Origin: Escherichia coli
Lineage (GTDB): Bacteria > Pseudomonadota > Gammaproteobacteria > Enterobacterales > Enterobacteriaceae
NCBI RefSeq assembly: GCF_003991155.1
Contig: NZ_CP031293.1
Length of the DNA stretch: 64,000 nucleotides
Reading direction: 5' to 3' (one strand)
The notes under the pieces are model-generated. The model was not told the origin of the DNA and ran no database searches. It worked only from the letters and a program-made list of their open reading frames with translations. Positions 50,723-62,649 of the stretch are shown here, one piece after another. Both the position numbers and the translations under genes were made by a program. Position 1 is the stretch's first letter. Each line of letters begins with the position of its first letter.

Positions 50723-52885
50723 CTATTCATATTCATTCATACCGCTTAACGAGGCGACAATACCAGCTCTCGACAAGCGATTGAATTCATCGCTACCAAT
50801 AGCATCGCGTATTGCTTTTACGGCGGCTTTATTTGCCATAAATCTGCGTTCCGCCGCCGCTAATGCTTCTTTACTTCCGCCAGCTCTTACTGCTTTCGTG
50901 GCTTCCTGAACTGCTTTCTCTATCGCATATCGGCCGCTACGCGTGGTGGCAATTTTAGATACAGCACCTTTTAACCCGGCGCCAACTAAAGCACCTGCGG
51001 CAGCGCCTGCAATGCCCCCTCCTGCTCCACCAACAATGGCACCTGATGTTGAGTTGGCAATTGCATTTAACACTGTTGATGTGACGTTGGATAAACCGGC
51101 ATCCAGATCGCGTAGTACATTGGCAGTTCTCCCTGTTCTTTCAATATACTGCTGAGGCTTCACTGCTGCTCTTGCAAGAGTGCCATATGCATCAGCAATT
51201 CTTCCGAGTTCTGAGGAATATCTGCTAATGGCTTTTACATTTTGTGGGGTAAGTATCCCTGCGATATGGTTAATTCCTGCTGCATCAGCTTTGCCACCAC
51301 GTACACCATGCGAGATAGCATCTTGCAACATTGATGATATAGCAGGAACACGCTCTGATTCTGGCAGCGCGCGGATCATAGAATGGAACCCAGCAGGACC
51401 ATTAAGACCTTTAGCTGACGATGATTGAAGGGATTTTACTCCATTCGTAATCAGTGCATCTGTTGCCAAATCACGCCCGAAAACAGACTCTGCACTCTCT
51501 TGTGCTGATAACCTCGCTTTAGACAGATCATTAGCTTTCTGCCAGTCATCAAGAAATCCGCCGTTTTCCGCCATTGTGCGCATATCATCAGTAATTGCCC
51601 GGCGTATTTCCCCTGCTCTCCTTGCCGCATTTGCCTCTCCGCTACGCTTATATTTTTGCTCCGCATCAGCAAATTTCGCTCTCCATGCTTTCATGCCATC
51701 AAATGTTACCCCACCTTGATTGTTTGCCTGAACAAACTGTTTCATTTCAGGAGTAAGCGGTATGCCAGCAGATCGCTCTGCCTGAATAACGGCATTACCA
51801 TTTAGCATTCTTGCTTTTTGATTTGGCATTGTTGACCGCACGTCATCCCATGCCGCGCGCTCGGCATCCTTCATCTGATCAAGATTTTGAAGAATCCTTT
51901 GTTTTATAGCCGCACTTTTTTCTGATGCCGTTCCAGATGCGGCCCCAAATTCATCAAGGTTTCGACTTAACTTTGATGATATTTCGTTAAATGCTGCCTG
52001 ATGGGCGTCCTGAACAATTCCTGGTGTTGATGCCAATGCGCCTTCGGCTTGTGCAATTCCACGACTTCCAGATCGCATTCCTGGTGTTAATGCGTTTATA
52101 TCAATTCCAGCAGACTCAGCCGCTTTTGCTACATCTTCGGACACATTAGCGGCCTGACTGGCAATTGACTGACGCCCAGCACCTGACTTTGCCATCCTGG
52201 AAACATCATTAGCAGAATTCAGTGCTGCACCACCAAGAGCCTGTGAAACCCTTGGCGCAATAACGCGCCCGACACCTGAAAGAACGCCTTGAGCACCAAT
52301 ATTGATACCACCGTTAATGGCAGCATTTTGTGCAAAGTCGCCCTCCTGATTTGCAGCATCAGCAAGAGAACCTGCAATCATGTTTCCTGCGGAACCGATA
52401 TCTCCAGCGAGCTTTGCTGGCGCTCCAGCAGCTTTTGCCGCTGTGCCAATTGGCAGGAGATACCCACCAATTGTTTCACCGGCTTGCGCATAAGGGTCTG
52501 TCGGTCGATCGACTGGACGATAGACATCATCCAAAACCTTTGGGCCACCAAGCCCCTGGCTGATTGCATTAATCAGACTTGCGCCACCCTGCAATACGTC
52601 AAATGGTATGTTTACCAGACCACGACCAGCCTGTTCTGCAATTTGCCCTGCACTTTGACCACCTGTGAGCCAATCACCAGCTTGTTGCATCAATGATGGT
52701 TCTTCTTTCTGCTGCTGTGGCGGAGGGTATGCTGCATAAAACTGATCTCTTGCTTCAGCCCATTTGTCACCAGCCTTAGGGGCAACAACCTCATCAAAAT
52801 ATTGCGCTTGAGCCTGTGCTTTCTGTTCTTCAGTTAACGCCTGATACTGTGGAGAAGCGATAACATCTTTCCATGCTTTAGCCAT
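50723..52885 (-). CDS. Ejection (internal virion) protein, gp16 position
   Basis: The ORF is 720 aa, Ala/Gly-rich, and the last of the three ejection genes. Confidence 0.75.
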   Translation of the reverse strand: MAKAWKDVIASPQYQALTEEQKAQAQAQYFDEVVAPKAGDKWAEARDQFYAAYPPPQQQKEEPSLMQQAGDWLTGGQSAGQIAEQAGRGLVNIPFDVLQGGASLINAISQGLGGPKVLDDVYRPVDRPTDPYAQAGETIGGYLLPIGTAAKAAGAPAKLAGDIGSAGNMIAGSLADAANQEGDFAQNAAINGGINIGAQGVLSGVGRVIAPRVSQALGGAALNSANDVSRMAKSGAGRQSIASQAANVSEDVAKAAESAGIDINALTPGMRSGSRGIAQAEGALASTPGIVQDAHQAAFNEISSKLSRNLDEFGAASGTASEKSAAIKQRILQNLDQMKDAERAAWDDVRSTMPNQKARMLNGNAVIQAERSAGIPLTPEMKQFVQANNQGGVTFDGMKAWRAKFADAEQKYKRSGEANAARRAGEIRRAITDDMRTMAENGGFLDDWQKANDLSKARLSAQESAESVFGRDLATDALITNGVKSLQSSSAKGLNGPAGFHSMIRALPESERVPAISSMLQDAISHGVRGGKADAAGINHIAGILTPQNVKAISRYSSELGRIADAYGTLARAAVKPQQYIERTGRTANVLRDLDAGLSNVTSTVLNAIANSTSGAIVGGAGGGIAGAAAGALVGAGLKGAVSKIATTRSGRYAIEKAVQEATKAVRAGGSKEALAAAERRFMANKAAVKAIRDAIGSDEFNRLSRAGIVASLSGMNEYE

Positions 52886-54225
52886 TAATCACCCCATAAA
52901 GACGAGAAACCGGAATTATTGCTGTCGCTTCCTGATTTTCGCTCACTAACATATGTGTCATAACCTGATGAACTATATCCCATTGATTCAGCCTCCCTTG
53001 CTGCAACCTTTTGAAATACAGAATATTGCGATCGGATTTCAGATAACTGTTTTCTGACGACCTCTTCAGGCTGTGTTATATCGAGTTTCGCGATCAGGTT
53101 TTCCAGTTTTTGGCCTTCAGCATTGGAGAGGCTACCCATACCTCGCATAGTCTGCACGTTCTGGACAAACGCACCCGACTTTAATTCTTCTATCGCATTA
53201 CGGTTTGCAAGCCCTTCAGCACTTGTGAAGCCATCTATATTTCTTCCTTCGAAGCGACCGATACCTTCAAGCTCCTTCTTACCAAGCAAAGAATCAATTT
53301 TCTCTATCCCTCGCTCACCAGTAATCAACGCATTGTTGTAATTATTGTTGCCATCAAGCCATCTCTTAGCCTGAGACATTCTGGCTGACGTTGCAGCTTT
53401 ACCGGTTAGAGGATCAATTCCCGTCGCTGCTATCTGTGAGTTAAGAGACAAAACATCCATATCCTGAAGTTGTCCTGCTCTTTCAAGGGCCGCCTGTGAC
53501 TGCTTAAACACATACTTGTCGTGATTCAGTCTTGCCATTTGAGCCTTATAGGAAAGATCCTGCCCCCTAATAGCCCTCGCATTCGTCATGTCATTATTGC
53601 GAATGGTTTCGTTAATTCTTTGCTGTTCCTGCTGGCGACCAACCATCTTGTCCTGAACATTGAAGTAATCAATCGGACCAAGAGCAGCCATTCCGAGGTG
53701 ATCAACAAACTCACCAAATCCTGAAGGATTCTGCTGATACATCTGAGCAACGTTGTTAGGGTCAACGCCGACGCGCGCCAGTTCCTTGGCGTTGTTTTGC
53801 AGCCATGATTGCATTGCTTCTGGAGACGAGGCCGCAAGGCGTGCGCCAGCTGCTAAGGTGCCGATAGAATTACGCTGCTCTTCATCAATGAATCCCATGC
53901 CTTTACGAACGGATTCAATCTGGTCTGGATATTGAGTAGCCAACTGACGCAAAGCACCGCGATCACCAGACGCATAAGCATTAGCGTATGCCTGCTGAAA
54001 TTCTTTCTGCCGCTGAGCCTGCTTTTCCTGCTGAAACACCCCCGCAATACCTGAAAGTCCTTGCAAAGCAGTCAGCCCAACATTGTTAGCGCCTGAACGC
54101 TCAATATCATTGTTCTGCCTGATAAGCTGAAGCGTATTGCCGATGTCATTTACGCTCGGAGCGTTTGAGTTGACGCCGCCGATACCAGCCAACAATCCGC
54201 CATTTGATCCTTGCCAAGTAGCCAT
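52885..54225 (-). CDS. Ejection protein, gp20 position
   Basis: The ORF is 446 aa and is assigned by gene order. Confidence 0.75.
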   Translation of the reverse strand: MATWQGSNGGLLAGIGGVNSNAPSVNDIGNTLQLIRQNNDIERSGANNVGLTALQGLSGIAGVFQQEKQAQRQKEFQQAYANAYASGDRGALRQLATQYPDQIESVRKGMGFIDEEQRNSIGTLAAGARLAASSPEAMQSWLQNNAKELARVGVDPNNVAQMYQQNPSGFGEFVDHLGMAALGPIDYFNVQDKMVGRQQEQQRINETIRNNDMTNARAIRGQDLSYKAQMARLNHDKYVFKQSQAALERAGQLQDMDVLSLNSQIAATGIDPLTGKAATSARMSQAKRWLDGNNNYNNALITGERGIEKIDSLLGKKELEGIGRFEGRNIDGFTSAEGLANRNAIEELKSGAFVQNVQTMRGMGSLSNAEGQKLENLIAKLDITQPEEVVRKQLSEIRSQYSVFQKVAAREAESMGYSSSGYDTYVSERKSGSDSNNSGFSSLWGD

Positions 54226-54234
54226 GATTACCCC

Positions 54235-54927
54235 TTAAAACAACGAACCAAGCAATCCGATACCAGCACCAATGCCAGCGCCCCAAGGTGTTGATGTTCC
54301 CAAAAGGCTGGCAAGACCTGCACCGGCAATCGCACCGGACGTTCCGCCGCTAATTGCTGTCTGAAGACTTGATGGTTTATTGGCATTAGCAGCGGCAAGT
54401 GCTGCGCTTTGCTGTGCAATGCTGCTCATGTTGTTGGCGTACGTCTGCCCGGCGTTTGCCTGACCTTGCAGAGCACCAAGCCCAACGTTTGCCAGATTGT
54501 TGTAATTGCTCATCTGGTTTGATAACCAAGACTGACCGAGAGTCGGCGCGATCGTAGCCAGTTGATTGCTTGTGGCTGTCGAACCAAGTCCGCCAGTCGC
54601 CTCCGCAGCAGCAAGACTCTGGTAACGAGCCTGACCTGCAAGGTCTTTATACTGCTGAGAATTGTAATACTGATTAAGTGCCTTCCCCTGACCTTCTAAA
54701 CTGGAAAGATTCTGAAGCTGGTTAACATACTGCTCCGCAAGCGGCGTGAACGGAGCAAGGTTTTTCATGATCGTCTGCCACTGCTGATTTTGCAGGTCTG
54801 CGGCATACTTCTGGGCTTCTGCTGCATACTTTGCGCTTTTATCAGAACTGCCACCTTTCCCGCCTTTTTCAGGGCAATAAGGTTCCTCGCCGCGCAGTTT
54901 TCTGCCCAGCTTAAATGCATATAACAT
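54235..54927 (-). CDS. Ejection protein, gp7-like
   Basis: MLYAFKLGRKLRGEEPYCPEKGGKGGSSDKSAKYAAEAQKYAADLQ resembles P22 gp7. Confidence 0.8.
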   Translation of the reverse strand: MLYAFKLGRKLRGEEPYCPEKGGKGGSSDKSAKYAAEAQKYAADLQNQQWQTIMKNLAPFTPLAEQYVNQLQNLSSLEGQGKALNQYYNSQQYKDLAGQARYQSLAAAEATGGLGSTATSNQLATIAPTLGQSWLSNQMSNYNNLANVGLGALQGQANAGQTYANNMSSIAQQSAALAAANANKPSSLQTAISGGTSGAIAGAGLASLLGTSTPWGAGIGAGIGLLGSLF

Positions 54928-54929
54928 GG

Positions 54930-55385
54930 CTATCTCCCGTGATTCAGGAAGTCGATTAGTTCTTCGCGTGTGGCGCTGTAAAACGTCACGTCATCCACGC
55001 CTTTGAAGTATTTCTTGATGGTTCCTACACGCTTAAGGCCAATCATTGCGCAGTACATCTGACCGTGGCGGAATTTGCGCGCAGCGAACGATGTGACACA
55101 CTGAACAGTGGTGTTAGTCAGAATGTATCGCCAGAACGCCAGCCCGATTTCCTTGCTGAAGCCGCGAACCTCTGGCAGGTACATGGCGTGGCAATCGAAT
55201 GTCAGCGGCTGAATCTCCTGATAGTAAACAATGCCGCCGAACTGCCCGTGCACGTTAACTTCAAAGTAACGGCAATCAGGTTTGTAGCCGTATTCATCAC
55301 CGTTATTGCTCCCGGCGATAATGTCAGGGTGATTTCCGACTGCTTCTATCAGGTCGATGTTTCGCGTTGGTTTGAATGTAATCAT
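54930..55385 (-). CDS. gp14-position virion assembly protein
   Basis: The ORF is 151 aa and lies between the needle gene and gp7. Confidence 0.65.
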   Translation of the reverse strand: MITFKPTRNIDLIEAVGNHPDIIAGSNNGDEYGYKPDCRYFEVNVHGQFGGIVYYQEIQPLTFDCHAMYLPEVRGFSKEIGLAFWRYILTNTTVQCVTSFAARKFRHGQMYCAMIGLKRVGTIKKYFKGVDDVTFYSATREELIDFLNHGR

Positions 55386-56086
55386 CAGTCAATCAGCCCA
55401 TGTAATCTAAGTGCTGTTTCAAGCGCCAGAATACGCTGCCGCGCCTGCTGCAAACCTGTAGCGAGAGCCGCGACTTCGGATTGCGTGTACGTAGTGCCGA
55501 CAGTGTATGACTGGTTAGCGTTGAATGAGCCAAGAAGTGGCGTACCTGTGGCTGCAGTCCATCCGGTCTGCCTTGCTCCAACGACCTGAATTCCATCAAC
55601 TGAATATGATGTTTTTACATCCAGCGGTGACGCAAGAGACTGCGATTCGGTTACGGTTTTCGATACGTAATCACTCTTAATGCCAGAGACATCGTTTTCT
55701 ACGTCATTCAGTCTTTGGTCAACAGTGACCAGATGCGCCTGAATATCGATAACCTCATCCAGCAAGTAATCAACATCGCTACGCAGTACGACTATCTTCC
55801 CTTCGGCAGTTGTTAACCTGACCTCAAGGAGATTTATCGCTTTTGTGTTTGCGGTGATTCTTGCGTCGTGATCAGCCAGTTCGACATCCTGTTCATCGTT
55901 TTTCACCTGAGCATCGTAAGCGCCCTGACCAGCCTGATTTGCCTTCCCGGCAATTGCGCCGACATCAGCCCCCTGATTAATGACATACAGCAGGTAAGAC
56001 TGGCTGAAGATATTGCGTGGAAGGATTGATGTATCGAGCCGCGTCGCCTGCACAATAACAGGAGTGTTGAGATTCGAATCCGCCAT
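55385..56086 (-). CDS. Tail needle (gp26-like trimeric coiled coil)
   Basis: [36 protein letters not shown]...[18 protein letters not shown]...ALRLHGLID is close to P22 gp26. Confidence 0.9.
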   Translation of the reverse strand: MADSNLNTPVIVQATRLDTSILPRNIFSQSYLLYVINQGADVGAIAGKANQAGQGAYDAQVKNDEQDVELADHDARITANTKAINLLEVRLTTAEGKIVVLRSDVDYLLDEVIDIQAHLVTVDQRLNDVENDVSGIKSDYVSKTVTESQSLASPLDVKTSYSVDGIQVVGARQTGWTAATGTPLLGSFNANQSYTVGTTYTQSEVAALATGLQQARQRILALETALRLHGLID

Positions 56087-57504
56087 TACTCAATCCTTAT
56101 CTGAGCGCCAGAAAGAGTTACAGGTGACTTCGTGATAACGCGCAATTTGAAGCCGACATTTTTCCTGATGCGCCCTACTCTCTTCCACAAAACACGCTTG
56201 TCGTAAACGAACGGTTCATTCTGCTCAATCATCTGCTCACGACCGTAATTGATGCCATCAGTGGTTGCCGAGAGGAACAGGCGGTCGGCGTACTGAGCGA
56301 CACCCGTCGATGATTCCACCTCCAGATCAAAGCATCTGGCGTTATCCGCTTTGAACAACGGAGTAAACAGCAGGTGTTCCTGTTGCTTGTCGTACTGGCT
56401 GCTGATATCGAATTGCAATTTCCCGGTCACGGACTCCAGCTTATCGCCGCACGTTATCTGATTGCCTTCGTAAATGAAGTCGATAGCGCGGTACACATCG
56501 TCATACAGGCCTGTTTTCAGTACACACCATTGCGGACCATTGGCGCTTGAAGATGCGTCGTACACGAGAACATGGCGCGGAAGATGGATAATCAGCAGCT
56601 CATGCGCATCAAATCGCAGAGACTCCATCACACCATCAGCCAGTTCATCAGCAGTGTAGGAGCGGAGGATTTTCTCAATGCTCGCGCTGGCGATTGGTGA
56701 TACCTGACCGGAGCCGATGATATATACAGACGGCGCACCTGTTGCCGGATTGCTGATGAACGCATAAGAATCAGCGAATGGCGTTTTGCAGTAAGTCCCG
56801 GCGATGCCTTTTTGCACCATCAGTGATGGCTGTGCGACATACAAAGCGGCACCAACGGTAGTTGATCCTGTCAGGGAGAAATATTCAATAGTCGATGAAC
56901 CAAAGCATACGATGAAGTCTCGCCATGTTCCGATGCCGATGATGCCGTCAGGCTGCGATTCTGCGCGATATTGTGCGCTGTAGCGGTCAGGGTGCGATTC
57001 GTCTTCAAGGTCAGTGATAAACCATGAATCAGTACCGTCTTTTGACCACGCATAACGCCCACGCAAGCGCGTAATGTCGCGAACAGAACCTAACTCATAC
57101 TGCGTGAATCCGCTGTCCGTAGGCCAGTTTGAGACGGTTTTAACCGTGCCATCATAGCGATACTCGACCAGTTGACCATTAACGCCTACCGCCTGTGATG
57201 TCCGACCATGCGCCATTGATACGCGACCACTTCCGGCAACATCACCGACTTCACTTTCGCCTTTGTACAGCTTGCCACCACACACACGATAAACAGCATT
57301 CTGCGCCATGTTGTACTCGACACCGCGAGATACACCGTTCACATCAGAACGTTTTGCAATGCCCGGGAATGAGCGAAGATATCCGCTGCTGTTCAGGATT
57401 TCTTTGGGTGTAGCCAACATATTCACTGGCAGATAGTCGATATAGTCGGCATTTCGGAAGTCTTTGCCGACACCTTTCATAAGCGGAAGTTGCTGAATCG
57501 GCAT
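56086..57504 (-). CDS. Tail hub / head-completion protein gp10-like
   Basis: The ORF is 472 aa, the same length and position as P22 gp10. Confidence 0.85.
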   Translation of the reverse strand: MPIQQLPLMKGVGKDFRNADYIDYLPVNMLATPKEILNSSGYLRSFPGIAKRSDVNGVSRGVEYNMAQNAVYRVCGGKLYKGESEVGDVAGSGRVSMAHGRTSQAVGVNGQLVEYRYDGTVKTVSNWPTDSGFTQYELGSVRDITRLRGRYAWSKDGTDSWFITDLEDESHPDRYSAQYRAESQPDGIIGIGTWRDFIVCFGSSTIEYFSLTGSTTVGAALYVAQPSLMVQKGIAGTYCKTPFADSYAFISNPATGAPSVYIIGSGQVSPIASASIEKILRSYTADELADGVMESLRFDAHELLIIHLPRHVLVYDASSSANGPQWCVLKTGLYDDVYRAIDFIYEGNQITCGDKLESVTGKLQFDISSQYDKQQEHLLFTPLFKADNARCFDLEVESSTGVAQYADRLFLSATTDGINYGREQMIEQNEPFVYDKRVLWKRVGRIRKNVGFKLRVITKSPVTLSGAQIRIE

Positions 57505-58005
57505 TTATTCGCCCCCGTTATCGCAAGGTTCCTTCCGGTGGAAGTAATTCCAACCATTCCACTTCGCCAACTGGTTACCGCTACCAACAGGCATACGGTT
57601 TGGATAACCGGACTTACATTTAGCGGCTTTTGCTCTGTCCATTGCAGACAGTTTGACGAGTCGCTCTTTCCCGTATCTGGCAGTGGTTATAAGTTTTGCA
57701 GGCGCTTCCAGCGCATAATCCGGTGCAATGCGGCAGGCAAGGTTGAAAATAACAGCATTGATAGCGTTATTTGATAAACCGTGCTCATCGCCCGGATCCG
57801 GAGCGACATCTGCATCAGCAAAAATGTAGCCAACGTTGATCCCAGGTGACGCATCACCGCCAAGCCATTCAGCCATCATCATTTCAAGGTCGTTGACGCC
57901 GTCTTCCATAGACTGCGGTTCGACATCAGTTAACGTGGCATTTGATGCCACACCGAGCTTACGTAATGCCGCAAGGACTAAATCACCCTTCGTTGTCAGG
58001 TTCAT
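57505..58005 (-). CDS. Tail adaptor gp4-like
   Basis: The likely start gives [47 protein letters not shown], which is close to P22 gp4 (166 aa). Confidence 0.9.
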   Translation of the reverse strand: MNLTTKGDLVLAALRKLGVASNATLTDVEPQSMEDGVNDLEMMMAEWLGGDASPGINVGYIFADADVAPDPGDEHGLSNNAINAVIFNLACRIAPDYALEAPAKLITTARYGKERLVKLSAMDRAKAAKCKSGYPNRMPVGSGNQLAKWNGWNYFHRKEPCDNGGE

Positions 58006-58219
58006 CTGATGCCGCCTTAGGTTTTCGACCAGGCTTTTTACGCTGCTTTTCTTCTGGCTCTGGCTCTTGCTTTGCAACATCCTTCAAAAGGTCATCAGGA
58101 TGTGAAAACCAGCCAGCATCCAGATATTCCTGAAGCTCTTCGGCTTTCACGATTTCAAAGTCGTAGCCAACGCCTTTCCACTTCTTCATGTCGCCATGAC
58201 GAAAGATCATGTGTGTCAT
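57983..58219 (-). CDS. Small hypothetical protein between coat and gp4
   Basis: [24 protein letters not shown]... has a charged, low-complexity tail. It overlaps the gp4 start by ~23 nt. Confidence 0.4.
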   Translation of the reverse strand: MTHMIFRHGDMKKWKGVGYDFEIVKAEELQEYLDAGWFSHPDDLLKDVAKQEPEPEEKQRKKPGRKPKAASDEPDNEG

Positions 58220-58263
58220 GCTTGTCTCCAGATAAAAACGGGAGCCGAAGCTCCCTCTGGTTA

Positions 58264-59559
58264 TCACGCGGTCTGGTTAGGCAGACCAACACCAATTGCC
58301 TCTGGCCGTACAGCACATGCTGAATACCACACAGCAATACGGCACTTACCAGACAGAGTATTGATATCACCCTGCGTTGCGAAGATGCCGTTAACACCAA
58401 TACCAGGAATGCTGAAGGAAGACGTTTTCATGCCAGCAAACAGTTCATGGGTTACCGGAATCGGCTGAGACAGCAGGCGGATTGAGTCATCAGCCCAGAA
58501 CACGTTAGCGGTGGTTGTTGCCACGTTCAGAACGTTTACCGTAGTGGAATCAGCAAGAGAGGTGTTTACGTTAGCGTAAGCCTTCTCTTCTTTTGTCAGT
58601 GACGCGTCATCCAGTGCAATCGGCTTCGGCGTGATTTCGATGTGAGTACTATCGATCACACGGGTGATTGAGAAAGTTGCATCATCAGTCAGCACGTTCT
58701 TCGCCATCTGAGACAGGAATTTCACACCAGTGAAACTGATTTTGTCGCCGCGCTTAAATCCGGTGGTGGAGGATACAGTCACCGTTGCAACACGGTTGTC
58801 GACGTTCTCTTTGTTACCATCGGTATCAAGGGTGTATGCCTGCGGCTTAAACTTCTGCGCGCCAGAAACAGTTACACCAGTAGCGGTTGACTTGGTAACT
58901 GCCGGAAGTTTCGGTGAGCGAAGAATTTCATCAAAGCCAGCAATCTGACGCTGAATAGTACCGTTGTGATACGCATCTTCAGGAACGCGCCCGAAGATGT
59001 CACCATCTACAAGATTGCGGCCTGCTTTGCGGTAATCGTCAGGGTTCAGGAAGTAACTGATACCCATGTCGCGGTTGAGTTCGCGGGAGAACATCAGTCG
59101 CTCTGCATCAGACACAAAATCCCAGCCAGACAGGCCAGTAGATGGACCAATTGCGCGGGTATCGTGAACAACAAGTGAGCCCATTTCGGTTGCCTGTTTG
59201 GCAATTGCTGACTCAATGTTATTCGCCAGTTTTTTGGCGGATGCCTGGATGCGGCGACGGTAAGAACGCTCATCACGCAGGTCATCTGCACGAAGCTCGA
59301 AGAAATCGTTATCCGGATCGCCCATGTTGCACTTCACGGAGAGTTCCAGAATCCCGGTTGCGTTGCCAGTTAAATCCCAGCCAGTCTGGGTTGGCGCTTC
59401 CTGCTCAACAGGCATCCACACGGTGTTGCTTGAACGCTGCATGGATTCTGCCGGAGGGGTGTATTTTGTCACTTTGGACGCCATTGGCGTCAGGTTCTGG
59501 ACGGTTTCGATGATTTCATCCAGAGCATACGTGACCAGTTGACCTTCATTTAATGCCAT
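58264..59559 (-). CDS. Major capsid (coat) protein gp5-like (HK97 fold with I-domain)
   Basis: [27 protein letters not shown]...GVGLPNQTA is 431 aa and near-collinear with P22 coat. Confidence 0.95.
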   Translation of the reverse strand: MALNEGQLVTYALDEIIETVQNLTPMASKVTKYTPPAESMQRSSNTVWMPVEQEAPTQTGWDLTGNATGILELSVKCNMGDPDNDFFELRADDLRDERSYRRRIQASAKKLANNIESAIAKQATEMGSLVVHDTRAIGPSTGLSGWDFVSDAERLMFSRELNRDMGISYFLNPDDYRKAGRNLVDGDIFGRVPEDAYHNGTIQRQIAGFDEILRSPKLPAVTKSTATGVTVSGAQKFKPQAYTLDTDGNKENVDNRVATVTVSSTTGFKRGDKISFTGVKFLSQMAKNVLTDDATFSITRVIDSTHIEITPKPIALDDASLTKEEKAYANVNTSLADSTTVNVLNVATTTANVFWADDSIRLLSQPIPVTHELFAGMKTSSFSIPGIGVNGIFATQGDINTLSGKCRIAVWYSACAVRPEAIGVGLPNQTA

Positions 59560-60470
59560 TATCGAATTCCTTTATTCAGTTGCGCCTTGAGCTTGCGGTA
59601 TGTCTCCACATCACCTTTGTTTGCTGCCGCTTCCATCTGCTTTTCAATCGCAGAGATATTTGCAGCAACAGCGTGTCCCTGAATGGGTTCATCAGGTAAC
59701 GGGGCTTCTGAAACAGGCTTTGCTCGAGGCTTGAGAGTTAAACGTTCTGACAGTCGAGTGAGTTCAATCAGCGCGGATTGCCCGTCCATCGCCAGCAACT
59801 GGCGTGTTTTCTCAGGATTAGCACCAAGGTGATACATGAGAGCGGCGGATTTCTCCGGGAAGAGGCGCATGATGTCGGCACCGACTGCTGGCGGCACCAG
59901 TTGCATGAATGCATCCTCTTTCTCCTGATAGTCAGGGATATTGAGTTTTTCCGCTGCGTCGTAGTGCTTACGGGCTGCCTCGACGTATTGCGCTGATTGC
60001 TGGGTGAACTCCTGAGTTTTGCGCCCCTGCTCGGCGACAGCCCGGCTTCGTGCGTCCATAGCCTTGATCTGCCATTCACTGTTTGCCTGCTGGAAGGCAG
60101 CCAGTGCGCGGCTCTGGTCATAGTCGTACTTAGCCAGTGCATCTTCGGAAAGATAATCGTTAGGGTCTGGTTGTTTTGGTAACTCAGGGTTCACCCGCAG
60201 GTGCTCCGGCAACTCTCCACGCTTAACCGCTTCCATCTGCTGCTCAAGCTCACGCTGGCGTTTGCGTTCGATGCGGCGACGGGCAAATTCAGCATTAGTT
60301 GCCGGGTCTTGTTTTGGTTTCTCATCGTCTTTCAGGACAATCTCGAAGCCTTCTTCCTGACCTGCGTTGTCGTTGGCATTATCGACAACTAAGCCATCAG
60401 CAGATGCCGCTGCATGATTGCCGGGCAGGGTTAATTCTTCAGAAGCCTGAATGTCGGTGGTTTGGTCCAT
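59559..60470 (-). CDS. Scaffolding protein gp8-like
   Basis: The ORF is 303 aa, charged and helical, and lies between portal and coat. Confidence 0.85.
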   Translation of the reverse strand: MDQTTDIQASEELTLPGNHAAASADGLVVDNANDNAGQEEGFEIVLKDDEKPKQDPATNAEFARRRIERKRQRELEQQMEAVKRGELPEHLRVNPELPKQPDPNDYLSEDALAKYDYDQSRALAAFQQANSEWQIKAMDARSRAVAEQGRKTQEFTQQSAQYVEAARKHYDAAEKLNIPDYQEKEDAFMQLVPPAVGADIMRLFPEKSAALMYHLGANPEKTRQLLAMDGQSALIELTRLSERLTLKPRAKPVSEAPLPDEPIQGHAVAANISAIEKQMEAAANKGDVETYRKLKAQLNKGIR

Positions 60471-60483
60471 GATTAACTCTCTC

Positions 60484-62649
60484 TTATTGAGGTGTCTCGG
60501 CTACTCCGCCGGAGGGGATTTGAACTTGACGCATAAGATTCGCGAAATCCATGCGTTGTGAATGAGTCTGGTCTGCATCTTTAAGAAGCAGCTCAGCGTT
60601 AGCACGAGCATCTTTGCTGCGCTGTTGCTGGAATTGACCTACGAGCTTGAGGTACTCACGCAGTTCTGCCTGCTTGTCTAGGTCCATATTGTTGAAGATT
60701 TCCGCAATCTTCGCGGCGTTGAGTTGGTTTTGGGCTTCAACCTTGGCGGCTTCAACCTGAATCTGCGCCTGTTGGTTCTCTGCCTTGAGCAATTCAGCCT
60801 GACCTTGCAGAAGGATACCCTGCGCCTGAATTTGCTCTGCTGATGGCTGCTGCGGCTGCTGTTGAGCCTGCTGTACCATCTCCATCTCTTCAGGTGTTTC
60901 TGGTTTCTTCAGCCCCATCATCACCAGTTGCTTGTTCGCGTACTCTCGCATCATCTCGACGCCTTTACCGTCAAGCAGCGTGAAGTATTGCAGCATCAGC
61001 ATCTGGAACTCTGGAGTACCTTGTGGAACCTTGGTGAGTAACTCCTGAATCTCTGCGCGGTTCTGTTCCTTCATACTCTGGAAGGATGGTCCAACGTCTG
61101 TATAGCACTCATAGCGACCGCGAATGTCGTTGAGTGTGACCACATTGCCGGACTGGTAATCTACAACTTGCGCGTAGAGTTGAACGTCTTTCTCGCTTCC
61201 GTCTTCAAGAGTCAGCGTTACATGGCGAGGAACGTCATAAATATCGTTGACCATTGAGGCATAAATCTCGCCATCACGTCGCATTGCGGTAGCCAGGTTA
61301 TCCTGAAACACGTATGTCTCAAGGTCTGCCCGCATGTTCAGTTGATTGACGGTATCGAAAGCGACCTGACCATTTGCCGCCTGCGCATCAACGCCAAGAC
61401 TAGCCACCTCTTTCACTGCGTTGGTGGCTGCCTCAAGCATGTAAGCGTTGGCTTGCGGCACTTCAGGGTTTTCCATGTAGGAGATTGGACCAATCGGCAG
61501 GTCGTTACCGTTTTCATCGGTCCTGTTCTGCAGATAGTACGGATAGTCATCATTTCCACCGTACATGTATTCGTAGCCTTCGATTTGCTCAGGGAAGAAG
61601 GTCGGTTTCTTCTTCGGTGAACGAGCAACAATATCGGCGTTGAATGACATGATCATGTTACGAAGGCGCTGACCGTCTTTCGTCAGCCTTACCACTCCTT
61701 CGTAGCACTCCTTGTCACCAGCGAATGACCATTCGCCATACACTGGAACGATTGGAATATGCTCTCCGGCTATCTTCTCGCGGTCTTTCAGTATCTGCGT
61801 GCAGGTGATGATCGACTTATACACACGCCGACGCTTGACCTTACGCTCTGCCACCTTAATGAATCCACGATTAGCCAGGTCGTCGATGACGTCTTTGATA
61901 TCCTGCTGGTAATAGCTGACCGGCTCACCTGTCAGCGGGTCGCGGTAGATGAAGACTTTCTCTTTCTTCTCTTCGACCTCGTAATACTCAGCGACGTAGA
62001 CGACATCATTCGATACCCACGGAAACAGCCATGTATCGTTCGGATTCTGGAAAGATGGCAAGGTGTCAGGATCAATACCGTAATCCTCTGCGAACTCTTT
62101 CCAGCCATTGCGTGACAAAGCGTTAATCACCGTGCAGTGCTTAGCGTCGCTCTTATCCATCTGCTTGCTATTGGCGTCCCATATGACGTGTGAGCAGGCT
62201 TCATGGATTGGAAGGCGTCGGATTACCTGATTGTTGCTTGTTGGATCGTTGTCTTCGTACTGCGTGACCAGACGCCATGCACCAACGCCGGACTCTATCT
62301 GCTCACGAACGCCAACGTTAACGGCAATTTTTGCCGTGTTATGGCGCATATCAGTACGATACATCCCCATCAACACATCGGCTGCATCAGGATTAGCACC
62401 GTCTTTTGGTCGGAAGAGAACGTCGATAGGGTTCCGGCGCATCTCTGCGACCAACTTCCTGACCACCGGGCGGACAACATCGAATTGTCCGCGATATTGC
62501 AGGGTGGTGTAGTTTGATAGCCAGTCATCCCATTGCGACACTCGGCTAAAATACAGGTCATTTGTCGCCTCGGTTCTGGCTTCATCGCTCGCCATCCAGT
62601 CTGCGTCAAACTTACACAGAATGGAATTGAGTCTGTTTTCGTCGGCCAT
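60484..62649 (-). CDS. Portal protein gp1-like
   Basis: The ORF is 721 aa with a Q-rich C-terminal barrel region ([18 protein letters not shown]). Confidence 0.9.
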   Translation of the reverse strand: MADENRLNSILCKFDADWMASDEARTEATNDLYFSRVSQWDDWLSNYTTLQYRGQFDVVRPVVRKLVAEMRRNPIDVLFRPKDGANPDAADVLMGMYRTDMRHNTAKIAVNVGVREQIESGVGAWRLVTQYEDNDPTSNNQVIRRLPIHEACSHVIWDANSKQMDKSDAKHCTVINALSRNGWKEFAEDYGIDPDTLPSFQNPNDTWLFPWVSNDVVYVAEYYEVEEKKEKVFIYRDPLTGEPVSYYQQDIKDVIDDLANRGFIKVAERKVKRRRVYKSIITCTQILKDREKIAGEHIPIVPVYGEWSFAGDKECYEGVVRLTKDGQRLRNMIMSFNADIVARSPKKKPTFFPEQIEGYEYMYGGNDDYPYYLQNRTDENGNDLPIGPISYMENPEVPQANAYMLEAATNAVKEVASLGVDAQAANGQVAFDTVNQLNMRADLETYVFQDNLATAMRRDGEIYASMVNDIYDVPRHVTLTLEDGSEKDVQLYAQVVDYQSGNVVTLNDIRGRYECYTDVGPSFQSMKEQNRAEIQELLTKVPQGTPEFQMLMLQYFTLLDGKGVEMMREYANKQLVMMGLKKPETPEEMEMVQQAQQQPQQPSAEQIQAQGILLQGQAELLKAENQQAQIQVEAAKVEAQNQLNAAKIAEIFNNMDLDKQAELREYLKLVGQFQQQRSKDARANAELLLKDADQTHSQRMDFANLMRQVQIPSGGVAETPQ

